Below are positions 1 through 7,814 of a stretch of DNA of 27,172 nt, one piece after another. Under the pieces are notes generated by a model. It was not told the origin of the DNA and ran no database searches. It worked only from the letters and a program-made list of their open reading frames with translations. The stretch's first letter is position 1. Each line of letters begins with the position of its first letter. Source of the DNA: an uncultured Alphaproteobacteria bacterium (lineage in GTDB: Bacteria > Pseudomonadota > Alphaproteobacteria > Micavibrionales > Micavibrionaceae). A program made the translations under genes and the position numbers. Where the stretch lies: contig CBFGQF010000001.1 in NCBI GenBank assembly GCA_965650865.1, forward strand, positions 1-27,172. The letters are read 5' to 3'.

Positions 1-818
1 CCGATACGAACGATAGATTCGTTCAGCACATAACAATCCGCGAGCGCGAGTTGTTGTTTCAAGGTCGGCCAGACGATATCCGAAAGGTCGGCGCGGGTCA
101 GCGGTGCCCGCGGCGGGATCGGCTCGCCGGGCAGGCAGGCGCGCCAGTCTTCGTGTGCCTTGCTGGGGTAGAGGTTGTTTTTGATGGTGCGCAGCGCATC
201 ATGCACGTTCATCACATCGGCCTTGATACCGAGTTCGTCAAGCGAGGAGAGGACAGCGGCCGTATAGGAGCGATGGCGCGTACGCAAGGCGTCGAGCGCG
301 GCCAGAGGGTTCTGGCCATAACCGGCCCTGATCCATTTCTTTTTGCGGGATTCCTGCGTCGCCCGTTTCAATTCATTCTTGGTCAGGATCGACGGGCGTG
401 TCCACAGAACGTAGTAACATTCCTCGAACGACAGATAACGGGACAGGTGACGTACACGTTCATCGAACACATCCTTGACATCCAGTTCGATTGCTTCGGC
501 CGTCATGCGCGAAGGACGGAGCAAATCCTCAAGATGCGGGGCGATGCGGTTGGGGTCGCGGGCAAAATAAACCTGCATCGCATGGCCTTGGCGGTCAAAC
601 CGCGCCCCAATCTTGATGGTCGCCCCTTCGACCAGATAATTATACTCTTCCTCGCCGATAATCTGGCGGCTGCCATCGACACGCAGATAGGTCACCAGCG
701 AACCATCGGAGGCCGCAAGGGTCACCTCGTCATCCGCTGTTTCAAGCCGGATAAAGGATTCAAGCGATTGCTTCATCGCCGTTTGGAACGGCGCCAGTAT
801 TTTGTCAAAAATCCGCAT
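1..818 (-). CDS. icmB: IcmB/DotO (TraU, VirB4-like ATPase), N-terminal part, runs off the left edge
   Basis: Not in the ORF track; translated by hand from ATG 818: MRIFDKILAPFQTAMKQSLESFIRLETADDEVTLAASDGSLVTYLRVDGSRQIIGEEEY...GHAMQVYFARDP..., open to the window edge. Matches the IcmB N-terminal pattern and follows icmJ, as in Legionella icmJ-icmB. Confidence 0.88.
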   Translation of the reverse strand, partial: MRIFDKILAPFQTAMKQSLESFIRLETADDEVTLAASDGSLVTYLRVDGSRQIIGEEEYNYLVEGATIKIGARFDRQGHAMQVYFARDPNRIAPHLEDLLRPSRMTAEAIELDVKDVFDERVRHLSRYLSFEECYYVLWTRPSILTKNELKRATQESRKKKWIRAGYGQNPLAALDALRTRHRSYTAAVLSSLDELGIKADVMNVHDALRTIKNNLYPSKAHEDWRACLPGEPIPPRAPLTRADLSDIVWPTLKQQLALADCYVLNESIVRI

Positions 819-943
819 CGAGCCCAGATGGTCTTTTTAAAAGAAATGTCAGTGTATTAGGGTATTATACTACGCACCGACAATATAGGGGAAATTTGAA
901 AATCTTGCAGGTTTTCCGGCGTGTGCGGATCATGGATTTTTAA

Positions 944-1633
944 TTACGCAGCATCCTGCTTTGCTTTTGCATAAAGCGTTTTCCATTGCGCGGGAATCTT
1001 GCCGCCGAACGGCCCGTCTTTCGAACGCCAATAGGCCAGTATTTGCGGGAACTGGTTGAACTTCAGTTCGCCTTCGCTGATGTTGCGACGATCGAGCGGG
1101 AAGAGACGAATGCCGTCTAGTTTTTCGCCACGCTGTGCGTAATGTTTAGGCCCCAAAAAATCGCGCATGACATTGGCGAGGATGAACGGATCATCTGTCG
1201 AAATACGCGCCTTCGCATCTTCGCGCCGGGCCATGATGGCCTCCAGCGCACTGCGGGCGCTATCGGCCATTGTTCCTTGCGAGATCCGCGCAACATAAAT
1301 CGCCCGGGCAATGTGGGAGAGTTCGTGCTGCTGCAATTCAGGCAGCCATACCAGCACACCGGAATTCATCTGGCTGGTTTTTTCCAGATCGAAACATTGC
1401 TGACAAAAGATACAACCCGTCACCATGTTGTCAGGACGCAAGTCATCGGGGTTGCCGTTGATGAAATGCACTTCCTGATATTTCGTGGATTGAAAGCCGC
1501 AGAACCGGCAAGTGTGATTGTCACGTTCCAAAATTTTCTGGCGCGCTTCGGCTATCACCTGCGCGGGCTTATCAGAAGAATTGGCATTGCCCGGCGTGCG
1601 GACAATGCCCAATGTAATTGGCAAGAGTGCCAT
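944..1633 (-). CDS. icmJ: IcmJ/DotN (TraT-like) with HNH-like Zn-binding fold
   Basis: CRFCGFQS...EVH...CIFCQQC motif, then GVLVWLPELQQHELSH. Likely start is ATG 1633 with AAGGG RBS (track start 1783 overlaps the upstream gene). Lies between icmD-like and icmB. Confidence 0.88.
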   Translation of the reverse strand: MALLPITLGIVRTPGNANSSDKPAQVIAEARQKILERDNHTCRFCGFQSTKYQEVHFINGNPDDLRPDNMVTGCIFCQQCFDLEKTSQMNSGVLVWLPELQQHELSHIARAIYVARISQGTMADSARSALEAIMARREDAKARISTDDPFILANVMRDFLGPKHYAQRGEKLDGIRLFPLDRRNISEGELKFNQFPQILAYWRSKDGPFGGKIPAQWKTLYAKAKQDAA

Positions 1634-1646
1634 GAATACCCTTCGA

Positions 1647-2048
1647 TTACTTCGTGTCGAAAGTGATGGCTTCAACCGGCGGCGGGGCAACGCCCGAACC
1701 ATCGGCACCGATTGTTGTCTGCATCGCTTCGTATACGATCGGCAGGGCAAAGAGACCACCACCCGCTGCGAGGCGGATCGCACCCTGTTGCAACGGAGTC
1801 TGCCCCGGATTTTCCACGTGGTCTTTGATTTTCAGAATACCCAGCACGCCGAGCAGAATGCCCATCATGTAGGAAATACCGGAAATCAGGCCCGGAATGC
1901 CGGAAATCGATTCTTCCATGTTTTGTACAATGTCGTTAAAGCCCTGGCCGCCGCCTGCGGTTGCAGAGGCTTGTTCAACCCCGGAGACCAGACCGATGAA
2001 AGTCGCGGCCCCTGCGGTCATCATTTTTGTTCGTAGTTTCTTTGTCAT
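1647..2048 (-). CDS. IcmD/DotP-like small pilin-like membrane protein (TraQ/VirB2-like)
   Basis: 133 aa with signal peptide ending ASA, two hydrophobic segments (LISGISYMMGILLGVLGILKIK, AIRLAAGGGLFALPIV) and AGGAG RBS before ATG 2048. Occupies the icmC/icmD position; IcmC versus IcmD cannot be firmly separated by eye. Confidence 0.7.
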   Translation of the reverse strand: MTKKLRTKMMTAGAATFIGLVSGVEQASATAGGGQGFNDIVQNMEESISGIPGLISGISYMMGILLGVLGILKIKDHVENPGQTPLQQGAIRLAAGGGLFALPIVYEAMQTTIGADGSGVAPPPVEAITFDTK

Positions 2049-2391
2049 CGTCGTTCTCCTGTTAAAGTCCTGTAACCTGTTAAGTCGTCCCGTCCGCAAA
2101 TCAATTCGTTGCTATTTTGCCACCTGTTACCCCAGTATACAAAATCAAAATTGTTTTTGCGAATTTGGAGATTTCCTTTATCGGGGCTATCTTCTAATCC
2201 TCGCCGGAATGCCCTTAAAAAGCCTCTCCTTGTTCCATAATTTTATTAGACCATATTTAGGGGAAATAAGGCAAATTTGCCCCTTCATCCTATGGGAACG
2301 TCAATTTATCCAATTGTTTTATAAAGGAAATTTTCCAAAACCTAAATAAGGCAGAGCATGCACGAATATGGCACAAATGTGGCAAATCCCA

Positions 2392-3876
2392 TTATTGAAG
2401 GATTTGCCCCTGCGTCCCTTGAACCACCCAGCGCCCGTTGATGTAACTGATCGCCGTGATACGCCCGACGCCTTGCAGGCTCTCACCGACCACGACCCCC
2501 TGCATATCGCGGGCACCCGGCTTGGAAACCCATGCACGTCCCGGCTGGGCTGCGCGCAGTTCCCATTGTGCTTCCGCCTGAGCGGCGGCCACTGGCGCCG
2601 GAGGTTTTGCGGCAGGCGTCGTTTTACGTGGAGTGGGTGCCGGGGCCTTGGCAATCTCGGCCTTCTGTGCAGCAGCCTTTTTTGCGGCTTCCTCAGCCTT
2701 GGCCGCTCTGTCCTTTGCTGCCTTGGCATCGGCGGCGGCTTTTGCAGCGCGTGCAGCCTCTTCCTCCGACGCCTTTTGCGCCTTTGCGGCCGTGTCCTTT
2801 GCAGCCTTTAATTCCGACTGCAGTTGCGCCACGGTTTGTTCCAGCGCGGCAGACCCATCGGATTGGCCACTGCGCAGGGTATCAAGCTCGCCTTTCAGGC
2901 TCTGCACTTGCGACTGGAGCGTTGCGATTGTTTCCTGAAGGGAAACGACCTGCGCCTCCGCCTCCTCTGCCTTGCGGTTCGCCTCTTCCAGCTTTGCTGC
3001 ATCCTCGGCAGAAGGAACAGATGCGACAGGCGTTGTGTTTTCGATTTTCGCTTCTTCCGACGCGGATGCATCAACAACTGGTGCACCAATCATTTCTTCC
3101 GGCTGTTCCTGAACGGCGATTTGCTGCGCGCCTTCTTCTTCAATGCTGTTTTTCTCGCGCGCGGCTTTCATCTGGTCCAGGATATCCTGTGCCGACATTT
3201 CGGAAGGTGCCGCCTCCGGCCCGCGAGGGATTTGATCTTCCCCGCCACCGATAACCGGAACCTGTTCGACGACTTCATCGGGCATCGGCGTAATCGGCGA
3301 AGGCATCGGCGGATTCGCGACGGCATCAACAGGCTGGTTTTCATCCAGAACGGCGACAGAGTCGGGATTATCGAGGAATCCGGCCCCGCCATCATTCGGC
3401 GCCTGTTCGCCTGCAGGTTGTTCGGCTTGCGTGGTTTCGGCCTTCTCATCCTTGGCACCGAAGATCGTGCCGTCAAGAACAGCGCCGATATTCAGGCTGG
3501 AGCGGAAGGATTCACCCTTGTTCGCGTTCATCTGTGCGGTTTTTGTCATGATGGTATAGGCCATCACGCTGCCGCCCAGAAGAACGGCACCGATAATCAC
3601 CATGGTGTTGAAGCTAAGGCTCAATCCCTTGCGTTCGGATGTATTCGTATAAAGGCTTTTTTCCTTTTTTCCTTTGCGGCCAGACTGCTCCTCGCCGTCT
3701 TCGCAGCCATCCCATTCATCGTCAAAGGTTTCACCTTCGAAATCGGCGTCGTAGTCGTCTTCGGGAATATCGTCATATACACCCGCATCATCGGACAGAT
3801 CGGATTCATCGAAATCGAGATCGTCGTAGTTCTCGTCGAAATCATCGTCCTGGTATTTGTTATCGTCCGACATCAA
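2392..3876 (-). CDS. icmG: IcmG/DotF (TraP-like), extended
   Basis: Acidic N-tail, one TM helix, coiled coil, and C-terminal WELRAAQPGRAWV...VGESLQGVGRITAI...GRWVVQGTQG typical of DotF/TraP. Lies directly downstream of icmE. Confidence 0.8.
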   Translation of the reverse strand: MMSDDNKYQDDDFDENYDDLDFDESDLSDDAGVYDDIPEDDYDADFEGETFDDEWDGCEDGEEQSGRKGKKEKSLYTNTSERKGLSLSFNTMVIIGAVLLGGSVMAYTIMTKTAQMNANKGESFRSSLNIGAVLDGTIFGAKDEKAETTQAEQPAGEQAPNDGGAGFLDNPDSVAVLDENQPVDAVANPPMPSPITPMPDEVVEQVPVIGGGEDQIPRGPEAAPSEMSAQDILDQMKAAREKNSIEEEGAQQIAVQEQPEEMIGAPVVDASASEEAKIENTTPVASVPSAEDAAKLEEANRKAEEAEAQVVSLQETIATLQSQVQSLKGELDTLRSGQSDGSAALEQTVAQLQSELKAAKDTAAKAQKASEEEAARAAKAAADAKAAKDRAAKAEEAAKKAAAQKAEIAKAPAPTPRKTTPAAKPPAPVAAAQAEAQWELRAAQPGRAWVSKPGARDMQGVVVGESLQGVGRITAISYINGRWVVQGTQGQILQ

Positions 3877-3927
3877 CAGACCTTTGCCGTTATACGTGAA
3901 TAGGAAGCCGTCCTATTCATAGGAAAT

Positions 3928-5202
3928 TTACTGGGTTTGTTCAAGGTCCGTGACGGGCTGGAGGAACAGGATGCCCATAGGCGTCCCGCTGGCAACACGC
4001 AGCATCGGGCGGATACGGCGGGCCTCCTCATCCAGAATATCGGCCAACCTGTCTCCCGCTTCGGCGATACCGGAGCCGATTTCCTGTGTTAAATCCTTGT
4101 CGAAACTGGATACCGCCGTCGTATCGTCGCCGATGAAAACCTGCGTCGTACCGGAATCGCCCACGGCACTGGCAACACCCGTGATGAATTCAGCCGCCAC
4201 GGGCAAAACAAAGCGCGACCAGTAACGGCGATCGATTTCCGTGACCATGCCAGGCAATGTGGTATTGGGGTCAATCGCCACCGCCTGAATCGGGTAATTG
4301 ATGCCGTCGATCACAATCTGGCTGAAATTCAGCGTGATATATTCGTCTGTCGACTGGAATGCGCCCAGAACGCGGGAACCTTTGAGGGGGCCGGAGGCGA
4401 TTTGCGCAAGGATCGGCCCCGGCGCATCGGTGTTGGCCTCGGTCAAAAGCTGACCATATTCAATTGTGCCGGCGGGCAGAAAGATGTTTTCATACTCTTC
4501 CTGCATACCTTGGGAATTCGCCATCATCATTTGCTGTTGCTGCTGAAACTTCTGAAGCTTCTTTTGCTCCAGCTGTTCCAGATAAGAGATATCGGCGATC
4601 CCCAGATGCTGTACCTTACCAATCCTCTGGTTCTCCAGCACGGCCTGCATTTGTGAAACCATGGACTGCGACATGGCATTGACGGCCGGTGTGCGCGTAT
4701 CGGGCTTGGGCTGATCCGGCTGCGCGGCTTTTGTCTGGGCTACGGCCTCCTGCTGACGAATGCGTTCTTCCTGCATTGTGCGCCAGCGTTCCAGCGGATC
4801 TTCCTGATTGACGTCATCCACCTGCAAAGGCAGTGTCCCTTTTGATGTGTCGACCGGCATGGGAATGGCGGAACCGCCGGTGCGTGTCGCCGTTTCCACA
4901 TCCTGAATGTTTCGTTCTTCCAGCGATTTGCGATAGCTCTCGGAAACCTCACCCTCACCCGGCACGCTAGTGACATCAGAACCACCGGTTACGCGTGAGA
5001 GGTTTTGCGGATCATCGCCGCCGCCGAACAGGATTACCCCGCCGACGATCACGGCAAAGGCAGCAAGCACAACGCCGATCTTGACCATCGGATTGTTACG
5101 CCACAAATCACCGAGCGAGCCTTTTTGATTATAGGTATCAAACCCGCCATCATCGAAATCTTCGATGTCCAGATCGTTGTCGATGTCATCATTGTTACTC
5201 AT
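3928..5202 (-). CDS. icmE: IcmE/DotG (TraO, VirB10/TrbI-like)
   Basis: Single N-terminal TM; C-terminal TrbI domain PAGTIEYGQLLTEANTDAPGPILAQIASGPLKGSRVLGAF...AVAIDPNT...RVASGTPMGILFLQPV. Overlaps the icmK stop. Confidence 0.9.
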   Translation of the reverse strand: MSNNDDIDNDLDIEDFDDGGFDTYNQKGSLGDLWRNNPMVKIGVVLAAFAVIVGGVILFGGGDDPQNLSRVTGGSDVTSVPGEGEVSESYRKSLEERNIQDVETATRTGGSAIPMPVDTSKGTLPLQVDDVNQEDPLERWRTMQEERIRQQEAVAQTKAAQPDQPKPDTRTPAVNAMSQSMVSQMQAVLENQRIGKVQHLGIADISYLEQLEQKKLQKFQQQQQMMMANSQGMQEEYENIFLPAGTIEYGQLLTEANTDAPGPILAQIASGPLKGSRVLGAFQSTDEYITLNFSQIVIDGINYPIQAVAIDPNTTLPGMVTEIDRRYWSRFVLPVAAEFITGVASAVGDSGTTQVFIGDDTTAVSSFDKDLTQEIGSGIAEAGDRLADILDEEARRIRPMLRVASGTPMGILFLQPVTDLEQTQ

Positions 5203-6688
5203 CGAGCAAATCCTCTTTCTCGGTCAGTGTGGCGCGCATGAATTCCCCTTCATCAGACAGGAGAAGCACGGGCGCACTGGATAATACATAGACATTCATG
5301 CCATCGGCGGAAGACACGGAGCTTTTCCACGCCGGCGATAGCAGGGTCAGCGGTGTGCGGACATAGGTCTGCCCGCCGGATGAATAAGCGGTCGTGCGGC
5401 CATCGACGCCGGAAACATTCAACTTGACCATGCCTTGCGCGGCAACGCCATCCAGCAAGGAGGTCAAAGTGGAGTCGCCGGCGACCATGCTTTTGCCGCC
5501 CTGCATCAGCGGTGCGGTGGCGAACGGACCATATTCAGGGACACGGGCATCAACGCGGTATTGCACGACATCGCGGCTGGTTTCCAGCGTCAGGGTAAGC
5601 GGCGTCTTCAATGTCAGAAGGCGGATAACAATGTTCCCGCGCGCGAATTGGGCGAGCGGTGTGATGCGAATGATATGGCCCCCTTGTTCGGGCTCCACCA
5701 CTTCAAAATCGCCCGCCCATGTCACATCCTGCACGGGCCACGGCGCGCCGGTGGCATCCAGAATGTTGATGGTGGTCACATTACCCACGGCGGTTTTGAT
5801 GCTGGGCGGCATAACGCCCGGGTCCAGCGAGATATTGGTGACGCTGACTTCGGGGCGCGGCGCATTATAAGGCGGAGTATTCACAGCCTGCTGCGTTTCA
5901 TCATAACGGCCCAAAAGGGATTTGATCTGGTCGGGCTCCAACGGGAACATGCCGGTAATCGCGGCATCAAATGCATCGCGGCGAATGGATTCCTTCATTG
6001 CGCGTTTGGCTTCGGGACTTGCTTCCCCGCTCATATCTCCGTCAATGGATCCATAGGATGTTTTGCCGGCGCTATTTTCAAAATCACCCTGCAACTTGAA
6101 CATCGTGCTGGTGTCTACCTCGGGCAACGCATCACCATCGGCGCTTTCCTCGGCCTCGGCAGCAGCGCGATAGCGGTCAAGCGCAGAGACGGCAGCAGGA
6201 TCATCCTGCCCTGTGAGCATATTAGCATCAGCCTGCGCCGCGGCATCTTCCACCGGGTTCGGGGTTTGCGATTGCTGCCCCGTTTGTGCGGACTGTCCCA
6301 TGGCTGTTGCAGGAACCAGTTTCTGTTCCTGCGGCTGCGAAGGCGCGTTGTCGGCATTGACGACTTCGCCATTGTCGGGATTGCCGTCATTCGAGGCAGG
6401 GATAATCTGGTCAGAGGGGATTTGGTCCGCGGCCTCGTCTCCCATCGAAAAACTATTCGGGATCTGCTGCTGGGCAAACCCGTCGGGCAATTGCTGCTGT
6501 GCGCCTTCATCGGCGGGGATTGCCTGCACCGGAGCATCTGGTTGGGCCTGCGCGCCGTTGTTGAAATTTTGCTGCGACTGGGCCAGCGCCTGCGCCGATG
6601 CCGCCATCACGGCCACGGCCGACAAACCCGCCAGCAGCAGACTTTTCACGCCGCCCGTACCCGAATGATATATATAGAAGCCTGACAT
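5195..6688 (-). CDS. icmK: IcmK/DotH (TraN-like) outer-membrane core component
   Basis: Signal peptide ending AQA; conserved C-half (FDAAITGMFPLEPDQI, LDPGVMPPSIKTAVGNVTTINILDATGAPWP, YRVDARVP, TLLSPAW). Start at ATG 6688 (GAGGG RBS) or GTG 6649 is more likely than 6793. Confidence 0.88.
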   Translation of the reverse strand: MSGFYIYHSGTGGVKSLLLAGLSAVAVMAASAQALAQSQQNFNNGAQAQPDAPVQAIPADEGAQQQLPDGFAQQQIPNSFSMGDEAADQIPSDQIIPASNDGNPDNGEVVNADNAPSQPQEQKLVPATAMGQSAQTGQQSQTPNPVEDAAAQADANMLTGQDDPAAVSALDRYRAAAEAEESADGDALPEVDTSTMFKLQGDFENSAGKTSYGSIDGDMSGEASPEAKRAMKESIRRDAFDAAITGMFPLEPDQIKSLLGRYDETQQAVNTPPYNAPRPEVSVTNISLDPGVMPPSIKTAVGNVTTINILDATGAPWPVQDVTWAGDFEVVEPEQGGHIIRITPLAQFARGNIVIRLLTLKTPLTLTLETSRDVVQYRVDARVPEYGPFATAPLMQGGKSMVAGDSTLTSLLDGVAAQGMVKLNVSGVDGRTTAYSSGGQTYVRTPLTLLSPAWKSSVSSADGMNVYVLSSAPVLLLSDEGEFMRATLTEKEDLLDE

Positions 6689-6765
6689 TGCCCTCGAAAA
6701 CCCTTTTAAAACCCAGCCACAATAGACTCTTCCAATATAAAAGTCATCTTTTGCCCATTCCGCCC

Positions 6766-7497
6766 TTATCCGCCGCCCGGAACCGCAATCCACTGCGCGA
6801 TCCCCACCCCGTTCGGGCTTTCCAGACGCGGCACACGGACAATCACAAGCGTAACGACCCAGCTTTCATTCCGCTTTTTTGAGCCCGATGTAAAAGTCAG
6901 AAGGATTGGCACCTGCACGACCCATTGATACTGGCCACTCACGATCCCTTCCGATTGCAAAACGGGGGCGCCCGCGGGAATGGCGGAGACTTCCTGAGTC
7001 AAAGACTCAACCGATTCGATAATGCGTGCCTGCTGTAGAGCGGTGGAAAAACTCTGCCAGCCCGCGCGGGTAAAATGGCGGGAGGATTCCTGCAAATTGC
7101 GGCGATAATTGCTGAAGGAGAACGACATGGTTTCCGATGTCGCCTGCGCCGCCCATGATAGAAGGGCCGGAGTCGACAGGTTTGGCTGGTTGAGCGGCAC
7201 CATCGGGATCAGACGGCCGTCTTCGGTTGTCGCGAAATAGCGGTTTTCCGGCTGATGAACATGAATGACGAAATACATCGCACCGATAAGACCGAAGATG
7301 GCGATGGCCTGTACGATGGCGATGCGCAGCGCCAGACGGTAGCCATCACGATAAAATTCGTTGCGCACAACCACGCGGCCGAGGCCTGTTGTGTCCATGG
7401 CCTCCGGTTTGGTCGTGGCGGCTTTGCGCGCGCGCGGTTCGCCGGAAGGGCGGATATTGCGCGGATTTGGGGCTTTTTGTCCGGTATCGTCAGTCAT
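6766..7497 (-). CDS. icmL: IcmL/DotI (TraM, VirB8-like)
   Basis: RNEFYRDGYR, TM helix, YFATTEDGRLIPMVPLNQPNLS, FSFSNYRRNLQESSRHFTRAGWQSF, GVGIAQW: classic DotI/IcmL signature. Confidence 0.92.
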   Translation of the reverse strand: MTDDTGQKAPNPRNIRPSGEPRARKAATTKPEAMDTTGLGRVVVRNEFYRDGYRLALRIAIVQAIAIFGLIGAMYFVIHVHQPENRYFATTEDGRLIPMVPLNQPNLSTPALLSWAAQATSETMSFSFSNYRRNLQESSRHFTRAGWQSFSTALQQARIIESVESLTQEVSAIPAGAPVLQSEGIVSGQYQWVVQVPILLTFTSGSKKRNESWVVTLVIVRVPRLESPNGVGIAQWIAVPGGG

Positions 7498-7814
7498 GGA
7501 TTTGCGATGGCGCTTTGCTCAAGATGTCATAATTACAGGCGTGCGGAGTCGGCCTTTTAAGCCCCGCATATTCTATTCGAACATATTCGGCCGCAAAGTA
7601 CAATTTCTGACTTTGGGTTTGTCCGCAGCCAATCGGAAAAATCTTGCATTGCTGCCCCAGCCGGGGGGAGACAAACGTGCGTTTTGGTTTTAAAATATGG
7701 TAAGATTTTTTCATGACTTGGGGAAACAGTGTTTTTTCAAGATTTTAAGCAGATTGCAGGACGCGGCCGAATCGTTTTACGAAAAACGCCGCGAGGGGAA
7801 AGTGTGACGCGTCA

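Noticed and set aside
51-860. 269-aa plus-strand ORF
   Set aside because: Antisense shadow of icmB, which has recognisable motifs on the minus strand; no family features of its own.
864-892. TATAAT box upstream of icmB as an internal sigma-70 promoter
   Set aside because: The -10 is perfect but there is no credible -35 at 16-18 bp; too weak to list as a feature.
1350-1530. CxxC..H..CxxC motif read as a mobile HNH homing endonuclease
   Set aside because: IcmJ/DotN is known to have this HNH-like Zn fold, and the gene sits in its expected position.
2100-2391. Missing icmC hidden in the gap between icmG and icmD-like
   Set aside because: The minus strand is AT-rich with frequent stops; no ORF with hydrophobic helices was found.
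2824-6685. Long plus-strand ORFs 2824-3903 and 5435-6685
   Set aside because: Antisense to icmG and icmK; Arg/His/Gly-skewed composition typical of shadows of GC3-biased genes.
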